NCBI GenBank assembly: GCA_028866995.1
Contig: JAGWHD010000001.1
Coordinates: forward strand, 17,030 to 81,029
DNA from: Candidatus Micrarchaeota archaeon
Lineage (GTDB): Archaea; Micrarchaeota; Micrarchaeia; Micrarchaeales; CABMGC01
Reading direction: 5' to 3'
DNA length: 64,000 bases
Part shown: piece after piece, positions 25,208-33,140 of the stretch
Numbering within the stretch: position 1 is the stretch's first letter
How the letters are laid out: the number at the start of each line of letters is the position of its first letter
Made by a program: the position numbers and the translations under genes
The notes under the pieces: generated by a model
Seen by the model: only the letters and a program-made list of their open reading frames with translations
Told to the model about the DNA's origin: nothing
The model's database searches: none

Positions 25208-25993
25208 ATGGAAGATCAACTGCTCAGAACCTTTTTATTTATTCGTGGAGTGAAGTATTGCGTGCTGCAACTTGGAGTCATGCTTCTGCAGACGAATGCG
25301 CTGACGTACGTCAGCGCCGGATCGATATTCGTAGAGGGCACCATAGGGGTGACGCTGACCATGCTTACGGTCCTCGCGATCTCGATACAGATAGCCAGGG
25401 GCTACTTTTTAAGGATCCTGAGGAAGTTCACGCTACGGCTCGCGGCAGACATCTGGTGGCTCCTGTTCGTGATACTGCGTGACGCAAGCATATTCCTTGT
25501 CGTTTTCCTGGGAGTCATGCTCTTCTGGCCGGGGATATACCAGGACATAGCCATAGCGGTGCCGTTCCAGCCCATTGCAATAGACATGTTCGCGATAGCC
25601 CTGGTGATACTATTGCTCAAGGACACCGATGAAGAGCCTTTCTACAACAGCCTCATCACCATATTCGTGCTGATAGGCACTGTCCTGTATACTACTGGAA
25701 CGGTGTTCGTTACGGAAAGCGCAGTGCAGCTTGCCGTATTGCCGCCTACGGTTTCCGATAGTTCAAGCAACATATGGGGCTTCTTCAACAACAACTTCAA
25801 TTCGATAAATAACCCTGCGCTTTCCATGTATACGTTCTACGTAGGCTTTGCGATCCTCGGGCTATGCGGGCTGATAGCCATAATCAGCTCGTTCAAGGGA
25901 GGGATATTCAACAGGTTCGTAGAGCCGAAGCCCAAGCCGATCGTGAAGGAGACCCCTGAGCCGCAGCGGAAAGGGCCAGACAAGGGATCCTGA
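25208..25993 (+). CDS. polytopic membrane protein, unknown function
   Basis: 261 aa with about 6 TM segments and a K/P/E-rich C-terminal tail. Its stop overlaps the start of the downstream ferredoxin gene (TGATG). Confidence 0.6.
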   Translation: MEDQLLRTFLFIRGVKYCVLQLGVMLLQTNALTYVSAGSIFVEGTIGVTLTMLTVLAISIQIARGYFLRILRKFTLRLAADIWWLLFVILRDASIFLVVFLGVMLFWPGIYQDIAIAVPFQPIAIDMFAIALVILLLKDTDEEPFYNSLITIFVLIGTVLYTTGTVFVTESAVQLAVLPPTVSDSSSNIWGFFNNNFNSINNPALSMYTFYVGFAILGLCGLIAIISSFKGGIFNRFVEPKPKPIVKETPEPQRKGPDKGS

Positions 25994-26433
25994 TGCCTTA
26001 TGCGTTCACGTTCGACGACAGCATCTGCATACAGTGCGGCATATGCGCAGACGTCTGCCCAGTCAACACGCTAGATTTCACCAGGCCCAGGCACGCGCAT
26101 GTTGAAGACACGAAGGAGTCGGTTGACCTCACGACCGACATGACTGAATATCCGATACAGGTGGACAAATGCATCGGCTGCATGATCTGCCCTGAGGAAT
26201 GCCCCGTGTCATGCATAACGATAACCAGCGCGGACAAGGAGCCGAAGTACGCTGCAAGGCAGGGACCGATGCTGACAGAGGAGCCGGCAAAGGACGAGTT
26301 CTCGCTCTCGAAGTACACCAAGGTAAGGCCTACAAGGGTGAAATCGAAGGATCCGTGGGGCCATGAGTACATCTACATACCGAAGAGGAGAAAGTCGAGG
26401 GCCTCGACGTGGAACGAGAAGGACATGCTTTGA
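25993..26433 (+). CDS. 2x[4Fe-4S] ferredoxin-domain protein with ~70-aa C-terminal extension
   Basis: CIQCGICADVCP and CIGCMICPEECP cluster motifs. Confidence 0.8.
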   Translation: MPYAFTFDDSICIQCGICADVCPVNTLDFTRPRHAHVEDTKESVDLTTDMTEYPIQVDKCIGCMICPEECPVSCITITSADKEPKYAARQGPMLTEEPAKDEFSLSKYTKVRPTRVKSKDPWGHEYIYIPKRRKSRASTWNEKDML

Positions 26434-26528
26434 CGCAGATGCGGATGGATAAGAGGCTGGACCTTTCGGATGCGAAGGCTAAGAGGAATGCCGCAGACCG
26501 AACTTCCTCGTTTTGTTCATGTTCGCAC

Positions 26529-26786
26529 CTAAATCTTAGCGTATATATTTTTCCTGTGCCCTAGAGTTCTGATAAGTATTTTCTTGTTCTGATCATCTAT
26601 ATTGGCAATAATCCTATAATCCCCAACTCTTAATTTGTACTCTGGCCTGCCAGTTAGTTGTCTGAAAAAGTTATTTGGGTTGCCTACAGTGCCGTCAAGT
26701 TTCTTCAGGATTCTTTTTGCTATTGATTTGTCTATTTTTTCAAGTTGCATTACCGCTTCTGCAGAATATTCCAGGCTATAAGCCAT
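26529..26786 (-). CDS. relE: RelE/ParE-family mRNA interferase toxin
   Basis: 85 aa: ..KRILKKLD....P..F.RQLTGRPEYKLRVGDYRIIANIDDQNKKILIRTLGHRKNIY. Confidence 0.8.
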   Translation of the reverse strand: MAYSLEYSAEAVMQLEKIDKSIAKRILKKLDGTVGNPNNFFRQLTGRPEYKLRVGDYRIIANIDDQNKKILIRTLGHRKNIYAKI

Positions 26787-26787
26787 T

Positions 26788-27024
26788 TTATAACCCTAAT
26801 CGTGCACGGACTTCGGCAGAATTATAGGTTCTTTCATGCCTTATGTCGAGTAAGCCTCTCAAAAGAGATGCCCTGAACTCAGCAGTGTACTTTCCCTCTT
26901 CATCGCCGCCAGGGATTAGATCTATCAAGGCATTTATTATTTCGTCATAAGTTGCACGCTTGTAAATCCTTAGTTTATTGAGCCTTTCCCTTGTATTCTT
27001 TTCTAGTTGTATTGTCGTGTACAT
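26788..27024 (-). CDS. antitoxin (ribbon-helix-helix-like) of the RelE pair
   Basis: 78 aa; TIQLEKNTRERLNKL is a beta-strand-then-helix start. It sits 1 nt upstream of relE, which is the typical antitoxin-toxin order. Confidence 0.65.
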   Translation of the reverse strand: MYTTIQLEKNTRERLNKLRIYKRATYDEIINALIDLIPGGDEEGKYTAEFRASLLRGLLDIRHERTYNSAEVRARLGL

Positions 27025-27196
27025 TTAATCACTATATAATTAACATATAACAGATATATAAATATACCCTTTTAGTACTTTTAGTAACTAAAGCTCATGC
27101 TAGGTATAACATAAGCTGTATACCCTAAGATTTAGATCCGTCCAAATCCGAACACCGACGACAAAGTAGAATCTTGCCGTCGTAAAAACTAAGGCA

Positions 27197-27268
27197 TGCC
27201 GCAGGCCGGATTTGAACCAGCAACATCCGCCTCTTCAGGGCGGCGCTCTCCCGTTGAGCTACTGCGGC
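27197..27268 (-). tRNA. tRNA-Phe (GAA)
   Basis: Minus strand reads GCCGCAG TA GCTC AACGGGA GAGC G CCGCC CTGAAGA GGCGG ATGTT GCTGG TTCAAAT CCGGC CTGCGGC A. It folds into a full cloverleaf. CCA is not encoded. Confidence 0.9.
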
Positions 27269-27331
27269 ACGCTATCAAGCTATTGCTTAAAAGCTTTTTA
27301 AGAACATACCGTAGTGCTGAGACTGGTCTAT

Positions 27332-28876
27332 ATGGCTATAGATGATAGATGGAGGCAGCTGGGGGAGTATGCCAACCTCATGAACCTTGACAATGTCGAG
27401 TTCAGGGAGTACCAGTACAACATAATAGAGTCAATATACAGGCATGGCAATACCCTTGTGGTCCTTCCTACTGGATTGGGGAAGACGCTCATAGCAGTAG
27501 CCGCTATAGCGAGGGCAGTGGCGAACGGAAGGCGCGCGCTGCTCATGGCCCCGACCAAGCCGCTGTCAGAGCAGCACTATGCGACCCTTGCCCAGATGCT
27601 GAACATACCTAAGGAGGAGATACTGCTCCTTACAGGGGCGACCAGCAGGAAGGCGAGGGAGGCGAACATCGCCAAGGTGATAGTCGCCACTCCGCAGACA
27701 GTCGCGAACGACGTGAAGAGCGCTCTGCTCAGCCTGGAGGGCTTCGGAGTCGCGATATTCGATGAGTGCCACCGTGCTGTGGGCAAGTACGCGTACACCT
27801 ATGTTGCCAACGAGTGCACGGTAAGGGACATACTCGTGGTAGGGCTCACCGCTTCGCCTGGAAGCAAGAAGGAGAAGATACAGGAGGTAGTTGGAGCCCT
27901 CAACATAAGGCACATAGAGGCGAGGGTGTCTACGGATGCAGATGTAGTCAAGTACGTGATGCCCAAGTACGTTCATGTGGTGAACGTGAAGCAGACTGAT
28001 ACCGTAAGGAGCATATCCAAGTTCCTCGTGCCTGAGATAGAGACAAGCATGGAGAGCCTCAGGAACATGGGATTGATGCACTTCAAGAGCTTCCAGAACA
28101 TACCCAAAGGCAGGCTAATCGCTCTTGGAAGAGAGATAGACAAGATAGAGGCGAGGAACTACAAGTTCGGGGCGATATTCGGGTACGTGAAGCTGCTGAA
28201 CCTGGTGCACGCATACGATCTGCTCGCAGTCGAGGGCATATCGCCGTTCCTGAGCTACATCAACTCCCTGCAAGCGAGGGAGGCGAAGAGCAGGGCCGTG
28301 GAGTACCTGATAAACAGCATGAACATAAGGACAGCGAAGAGGCTTGCCGAAGAGGCTGTCAAGAGAGGAGAGGAGCACGGAAAGGTCTTCGCGCTTATAG
28401 ACGTGCTCAAGGACTATAAAGGTAAGAGCGCGATAGTCTTCGCCCAGTACCGCTCAACGATAAAGATGCTCAATGAGTTCCTGAACAACAACGGGTTCGG
28501 AGCTGTACCTTTCGTGGGCAAGAAGGAGGGGGTAACACAGATGCAGCAGAAGCAGGTGATAGACGACTTCAGGAGCAGGAAGTTCGACATACTGGTAGCA
28601 AGCTCGATAGGAGAGGAGGGCCTCGACATACCGAGCGTCGACCTGGTGGTCTTCTACGAGGCGATACCGAACGAGATAAGGAACATACAGAGGAAGGGCA
28701 GGACTGGCAGGTTCAGGAACGGCGACATCTACATACTCGTCGCAGAGGATACGAAGGACGAGGTCTATCTGAGGATATCCGGGCAGAAGGAGGACAAGAT
28801 GAGGGCGCTGATAAACCAGATGAACAGGAAACTTGCGGAGACGTATCCGATGGGGAAGGGGCAGAAGCAGCTCTAA
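27332..28876 (+). CDS. Hef/FANCM/Mph1-family SF2 helicase (helicase module only)
   Basis: FREYQYNII..VLPTGLGKTLIA (motif I), FDECHRAVGKYAY (motif II), GLTASPGS (motif III), QRKGRTGR (motif VI). The ORF ends about 60 aa after motif VI. The first ATG is 27332; the track start at 27314 is GTG. Confidence 0.75.
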   Translation: MAIDDRWRQLGEYANLMNLDNVEFREYQYNIIESIYRHGNTLVVLPTGLGKTLIAVAAIARAVANGRRALLMAPTKPLSEQHYATLAQMLNIPKEEILLLTGATSRKAREANIAKVIVATPQTVANDVKSALLSLEGFGVAIFDECHRAVGKYAYTYVANECTVRDILVVGLTASPGSKKEKIQEVVGALNIRHIEARVSTDADVVKYVMPKYVHVVNVKQTDTVRSISKFLVPEIETSMESLRNMGLMHFKSFQNIPKGRLIALGREIDKIEARNYKFGAIFGYVKLLNLVHAYDLLAVEGISPFLSYINSLQAREAKSRAVEYLINSMNIRTAKRLAEEAVKRGEEHGKVFALIDVLKDYKGKSAIVFAQYRSTIKMLNEFLNNNGFGAVPFVGKKEGVTQMQQKQVIDDFRSRKFDILVASSIGEEGLDIPSVDLVVFYEAIPNEIRNIQRKGRTGRFRNGDIYILVAEDTKDEVYLRISGQKEDKMRALINQMNRKLAETYPMGKGQKQL

Positions 28877-29409
28877 TCCATTATCTTCCTTACGATTGCG
28901 AACTCCTGTTCAGGAGTCAGCCTCCCAGAGTTCAGCACCATGTGGAAGTGCTCCTGGTCCCTGTAATCGGTCTTGAATAGCTTCTTGCCCATGACCACTT
29001 CATCGTGCTCCCTCTTGAGCAGGATTCTTTTTATCTCAGCTGTGCTTTTGCCTTTGTATTCCCCTACCGACGATCTCTTGACTCTCGTATCAAGATCCGC
29101 AGTCAGGTAGATGAGAAGGCACTTTCTAGAATTCAGATACGACACAAACCTAGAATCAGCGACTATCCTTCCCTTCTCAAATATCCTCTTTGCTTCTACG
29201 TTCATCCTCCTGTTCGCAGCCACTGTAGTACCCTTCCAGAACACGTCGAACGGAATCTCTCCGTTAGGATAGAGCTCTTTCCATCTCTCGCGCCACATGT
29301 CTCCGAGCGAGAGCTTTTTCCATCTGTAGTGGTCTGCAAGCATCTTGGCAAGCGTCGACTTGCCAGACTTAGGCCTTCCTGATATGATTATCGAGATGAA
29401 TCTGCCCAT
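28873..29409 (-). CDS. cytidylate-kinase-like P-loop NMP kinase
   Basis: IIISGRPKSGKSTLAKMLA (P-loop); overall layout resembles archaeal CMP kinase. ATG 29409 is chosen because the longer ORF would overlap the upstream pilin-like gene. Confidence 0.55.
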   Translation of the reverse strand: MGRFISIIISGRPKSGKSTLAKMLADHYRWKKLSLGDMWRERWKELYPNGEIPFDVFWKGTTVAANRRMNVEAKRIFEKGRIVADSRFVSYLNSRKCLLIYLTADLDTRVKRSSVGEYKGKSTAEIKRILLKREHDEVVMGKKLFKTDYRDQEHFHMVLNSGRLTPEQEFAIVRKIMD

Positions 29410-29413
29410 GTCA

Positions 29414-30298
29414 TCACGAAGTTGGTGCAGTATATCCTGACTGCCAATTCGCGTTCCAAACGACGCTTGTTGGTGTTCCCTGGTTGTTGTTGCCTGAATA
29501 ATCGTTGGCGTTGCCGTTGAGTGGCCACCATCCGACAAGATGTTGGATATCTATCGGCACACCGCCAATTCCTTCCTGATAAAGCGACTTTATGGTGCTT
29601 GCATCTAAGGATGTATTGTATACTTGTACATTGGCCATGGAGCCATTAACGTTTGCGTAAGAGCCTGACGTCATGCCCCCTATTCTTAAGTTATCTTGAC
29701 TACTGCCGTGATAAAGCGTGCTTCCGCAGCTAGAGCTGCTGCCTTTCAGAACGCCATCTATGTATATGCCCCTTACTCCGCCGTCGAACACGAATATTAT
29801 AGAATGGAATGTATTTAGTGGTAATGAGGCATTAACATTCAGGTCAGGACATCCGCCATTATAAGTGCCATCGGTGGAACCGTAGAAATGTATAAGACTG
29901 TTTTCTAGCTCAACAGAGAATACACTGCCCGTTCCTGTATACCATCTCTCTACAAACATCTGCCTTGGTACGAAATTCCCAGGACTTATCCAGATCGAAA
30001 CTGTTAAGGAGCTCGAAACAGTCATTGATGAGCTTGAACCTGCGTCTATATATCCGCCTTGGCCGTTGAACTTTCCCACGTATTTAGGGATTAGACCGTT
30101 GCATTGCCCTGCAAGGCTCGTCTGCGCCGCAGTTCTGACAACCTCGCACGAACCCGGAGTCGCTGTCGGTTGCAAGCTTCCTGCGTTGAATATCCCAAGA
30201 GAATAAAGAGAAACCATGACGATTGCGATTGCTAAAATTGCCCAGCCGTACGTCATCAAATACTCCATCGCTGACTGCAGCCTTGCCATGGTAGACAA
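29414..30298 (-). CDS. class III signal peptide (pilin-like) LamG-domain protein, paralog 2
   Basis: MSTMARLQSAMEYLMTYGWAILAIAIVMVSLYSLGIFN...GSMANVQVYNTSLD...GWWPLNGNANDYSGNNNQGT. Confidence 0.75.
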   Translation of the reverse strand: MSTMARLQSAMEYLMTYGWAILAIAIVMVSLYSLGIFNAGSLQPTATPGSCEVVRTAAQTSLAGQCNGLIPKYVGKFNGQGGYIDAGSSSSMTVSSSLTVSIWISPGNFVPRQMFVERWYTGTGSVFSVELENSLIHFYGSTDGTYNGGCPDLNVNASLPLNTFHSIIFVFDGGVRGIYIDGVLKGSSSSCGSTLYHGSSQDNLRIGGMTSGSYANVNGSMANVQVYNTSLDASTIKSLYQEGIGGVPIDIQHLVGWWPLNGNANDYSGNNNQGTPTSVVWNANWQSGYTAPTS

Positions 30299-30374
30299 TG
30301 AACCTGCAATGTATTAATATTAGTGGAAGGGCAGGCTCAGAAACATATATATACCAGAAAAGACAATAGACTGT

Positions 30375-30644
30375 ATGGGGATTGGAATGGGTGTTGGGGC
30401 ATACCAAACACTAGAGCTAGCTAGCTCTGGTAGGATTGAAGTCGCGAGGGCGATCAGGGATCTGGAGGAGTATGCTTACTCCTGCAAGGAATGCAGGCAG
30501 GATGTGAGAGAGTTCCTGGAGAATTACGCTAAGTCTGATATCGGGAGGAGCATAGGGGCAACCGAGGCGCTGGATGCGGTCGAGAGGATCTACGCGGTTG
30601 AGATGCTCGAGGTGCTCTCCGACAATCAGGGCTACGAAGGATAG
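30375..30644 (+). CDS. small hypothetical protein
   Basis: 89-aa acidic, helical-looking ORF in an otherwise empty gap, with a TATA-like catatatata about 25 nt upstream. No recognisable motif. Confidence 0.4.
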   Translation: MGIGMGVGAYQTLELASSGRIEVARAIRDLEEYAYSCKECRQDVREFLENYAKSDIGRSIGATEALDAVERIYAVEMLEVLSDNQGYEG

Positions 30645-30658
30645 AAGGCTACAAACAG

Positions 30659-30666
30659 TTTATATT
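30659..30666 (+). promoter_or_regulatory. TATA-like box of tRNA-Gly(GCC)
   Basis: TTTATATT ends 28 nt before the mature tRNA 5' end, the same spacing as at tRNA-Glu. Confidence 0.4.
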
Positions 30667-30694
30667 GTTTGGTCTGCTATTCTTCCTTATTGTT

Positions 30695-30767
30695 GCGAAC
30701 GTAGTCTAGCCTGGTAGGACTTTGCCTTGCCAAGGCAAGAACCCGGGTTCAAATCCCGGCGTTCGCA
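30695..30767 (+). tRNA. tRNA-Gly (GCC)
   Basis: GCGAACG TA GTCT AGCCTGGTA GGAC T TTGCC TTGCCAA GGCAA GAAC CCGGG TTCAAAT CCCGG CGTTCGC A. Confidence 0.9.
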
Positions 30768-30773
30768 CCTTTT

Positions 30774-31298
30774 CTATTTCCTATCACTTATCCTTGTCCG
30801 GTAAACGCATCTCCAGTCCTTTAGCTTTCCTTCTGTCATGTGGAGGTGCAGGTTGTTGGCAGTAAACTTGCCGCTTATGCCTCTCATGTCCAAGCCCCTT
30901 ATTATCGAGCGCCTCCTTGGCGCTGGCAGGCGTGCGTACACGAGGCTTACGTGCGGCCTGTACGGCACTGCCCTCAGCCTGAATGCGGCTGACGCGCGCC
31001 TGTAGGCTTTGACAAGAGCCCTTGACTTTTGCACCTTGATGAATATCGACTTGAAGAAATTGCCTGATGACGACGGCCTGCCGAGCAGTATGGTGAAGCC
31101 TTTCCATGAGCTTGCCAGCTCCTTTGTATTTCTTACCGCATCCCTCTCAGCCATCCTTATGCCCTTGACTAGGGTAAGGTGCGGCTCGAAAGGAGTAACG
31201 CCGTTCGACCTGCTGAGCCTCTTGACCTGGTTGGCCAACCTTTCCTTGACAGGCCCGCTTGGGACTATCCATATGGAATATACGTTTCTTGCGGCCAT
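30774..31298 (-). CDS. 2H phosphoesterase superfamily protein (2'-5' RNA ligase / cyclic phosphodiesterase-like)
   Basis: Two H-x-T/S-x motifs, FEPHLTLV and YRPHVSLVY, in a 174-aa protein. Confidence 0.65.
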   Translation of the reverse strand: MAARNVYSIWIVPSGPVKERLANQVKRLSRSNGVTPFEPHLTLVKGIRMAERDAVRNTKELASSWKGFTILLGRPSSSGNFFKSIFIKVQKSRALVKAYRRASAAFRLRAVPYRPHVSLVYARLPAPRRRSIIRGLDMRGISGKFTANNLHLHMTEGKLKDWRCVYRTRISDRK

Positions 31299-31304
31299 CT
31301 TCGA

Positions 31305-32198
31305 TCACGCGGCCCTTAGGAGCTCTCCCAGAGGCTCGTCAGAGAATCCCGCCCTCTCCATCGCGTCGTGGGATAGGCTGAAGTTGTCGTTGATTATGGG
31401 CTCGCTGCTGCCCTTGATCACGAAATTCGGCCTCTCGTCCTTCATCACGGTGAAGTGCGGTATGCCTTCAGGGATTATCAGCACGCTGCCCTGGGGCACG
31501 CTCATCTTCTCGAGGTTTCCGCCTGCGAAGTAGTATACATCGAGCCCGCTGAATGTCACGAATATCTCGATCGTCTTCATGTGGACGTGGAAGTTCTGCG
31601 GAGACAGTGAGTTGCCTGCGGAGAACTCCTGGTTGGACGGGCCCAGCACTATGTGCTTGTCGTGGTGCTTCTCCACGAACTCGCCGCCGTTTGCCAGCAC
31701 CTCGCCGTTGACGTGCATGGGCACCACGAACTTGTAGGCCTTGCCGTCCTGCAGGTGCTTTCCTATATTGGCTGGGCTGTATCCAACCGGTTTCCTGATC
31801 CCATCCCACCCTCTGGCGCTTACCTTTGCAGTATAAAGAGGGGCGCTGTGGTCGATCTCGTACTCCACCCCCTTAGGTATCACTACGGCCCCAGCGTCCT
31901 CCATGGCCGATGAGCTTCCATTGCGCCCGTATGATACGCGCATGCCTTCCTCTGACAGCGCGTACATCAGGCCGTCGTGCAGCTGCATGGCAGAATGAGT
32001 GCCATGGTCCGCACGGTGCATAGAGAATAGCAGGCCTCCTGACCTGTAGTTCCATCTCGTCGAGTCCATGTCCCGCTCGCTGGCCATAAGCGGGCGCCTT
32101 GCCTGGGCCGTTATGTCCCTCAGCTCGCTGGCGCTGCTTATAAGCCTCTTAGAGGGTGTCATGTCCCTCGGCCTCTGCCCTGTCTCCAACATCGTCAT
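31305..32198 (-). CDS. cupin (possibly bicupin) domain protein, unknown function
   Basis: FHVHMKTIEIFVTFSGLDVYYF..VLIIPEGIPHF resembles cupin motifs 1 and 2. A weaker N-terminal repeat is HGTHSAMQLHDGLMYAL..VVIPKGVEYE. Confidence 0.45.
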   Translation of the reverse strand: MTMLETGQRPRDMTPSKRLISSASELRDITAQARRPLMASERDMDSTRWNYRSGGLLFSMHRADHGTHSAMQLHDGLMYALSEEGMRVSYGRNGSSSAMEDAGAVVIPKGVEYEIDHSAPLYTAKVSARGWDGIRKPVGYSPANIGKHLQDGKAYKFVVPMHVNGEVLANGGEFVEKHHDKHIVLGPSNQEFSAGNSLSPQNFHVHMKTIEIFVTFSGLDVYYFAGGNLEKMSVPQGSVLIIPEGIPHFTVMKDERPNFVIKGSSEPIINDNFSLSHDAMERAGFSDEPLGELLRAA

Positions 32199-32273
32199 AC
32201 TTTATCATACTATATATGATATGTTCATATATTTAAGCCTTTCGGTCCATTTGGGTATTAATGAGCTGTAGGC

Positions 32274-33137
32274 ATGAAGGAGAGGCTGACCATAACCCTT
32301 GACAAGAGGCTCCTGGAGGAGGTGGACCAGAGCATCGACGGGGTCACGATAAGGAACAGGAGCCACGCGATAGAGCGCTACCTGGGCCTTGCGCTTGGCT
32401 ACAACACCCCGAAGAAGGCGCTGGTATTCGCAGGAGGCAACCCGATAACGCTTAACGAAAAGAGCATAGTGTCGCCAATGGTCATGGTAAGCGGGAAGCC
32501 GGTATTGTGGTACATAATAAAGGAGCTGAAGAGGAACAGGATAACCGAGATACTGCTCGCTGTCGGAAGGGAGAGCAGCAGCATAGTCGAGTACTTCGGG
32601 GATGGGGCCTCGTTCGGCGTCAAGATAAGGTACATAATGGAGGACGCGCAGAAGGGCACCGAAGGAGCGCTTCTGCTTGTCAAGGATTTCGTAGGCAGGT
32701 CCAGCTTCTTCGCGCTGAACGGCGACCACATCTTCAGGATGGACATGAACGAGATGTACAGCCAGCATACTGGCACCAAGGCGGTGGCGACGATCGCGAT
32801 AACGCCTGCGAGCGCGAAGTCGCATTTCGGGGTAACGAGGCTCGAGGGCAACAGGATAACGAGCTTCGTGGAGCGCGGAGAAGATGACACTGAGGCGCAC
32901 CTGGTCAACGCTGGCATATACATATTCAGCAGCTCAGTGTTCGGCTACATAAGGCAGAGCCCGCAGCGGCAGATGCTCGAGCACAGCCTCTTCCCGAGGC
33001 TTGTCAACGAGGGCAAGCTCTACGGCTACGTCTTCTCCAGCCCATGGTACTCTATAGACAACATAATGGACAGGGGCAAGAGCCTGAAGGAGCTCGAGGC
33101 GACTGCGAAGAAGATAAGGGAGATGGAAGAGGAATAG
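32274..33137 (+). CDS. ribbon-helix-helix (CopG-like) domain fused to a sugar-phosphate nucleotidyltransferase-fold domain
   Basis: N-terminus is MKERLTITLDKRLLEEVDQ..RNRSHAIERYLGLAL (RHH). It is followed by ALVFAGGNPITL..SGKPVLWYIIKEL..EILLAVG..ALNGDHIF..LVNAGIYIF..WYSIDN (NTP_transferase layout). Confidence 0.65.
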   Translation: MKERLTITLDKRLLEEVDQSIDGVTIRNRSHAIERYLGLALGYNTPKKALVFAGGNPITLNEKSIVSPMVMVSGKPVLWYIIKELKRNRITEILLAVGRESSSIVEYFGDGASFGVKIRYIMEDAQKGTEGALLLVKDFVGRSSFFALNGDHIFRMDMNEMYSQHTGTKAVATIAITPASAKSHFGVTRLEGNRITSFVERGEDDTEAHLVNAGIYIFSSSVFGYIRQSPQRQMLEHSLFPRLVNEGKLYGYVFSSPWYSIDNIMDRGKSLKELEATAKKIREMEEE

Positions 33138-33140
33138 CGT

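Larger units (their letters stand above)
26488..27268. mobile_element. putative decayed integrated element at tRNA-Phe carrying only a toxin-antitoxin pair
   Basis: A visibly AT-rich ~0.7-kb patch is bounded by the 3' end of tRNA-Phe (atgccgcaggccggattt, 27196-27213) and a degenerate copy (atgccgcagaccgaactt, 26488-26505; 15 of 18 identical by hand count, first 9 exact). No integrase gene is present. Confidence 0.35.

Noticed and set aside
29410-29538. Upstream extension of the kinase-like ORF.
   Set aside because: It would overlap the conserved C-terminus of LamG paralog 2. The P-loop protein starts naturally at MGRFISIIISGRPKSGKS.
30774-31298. Idea that the 2H phosphoesterase (2'-5' ligase-like) next to the tRNA genes is functionally tied to splicing of the intron-containing tRNA-Gly.
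   Set aside because: Archaeal tRNA exon joining is known to use RtcB-type 3'-5' ligation. Adjacency to a tRNA on the opposite strand is weak evidence, so this is kept only as a coincidence.
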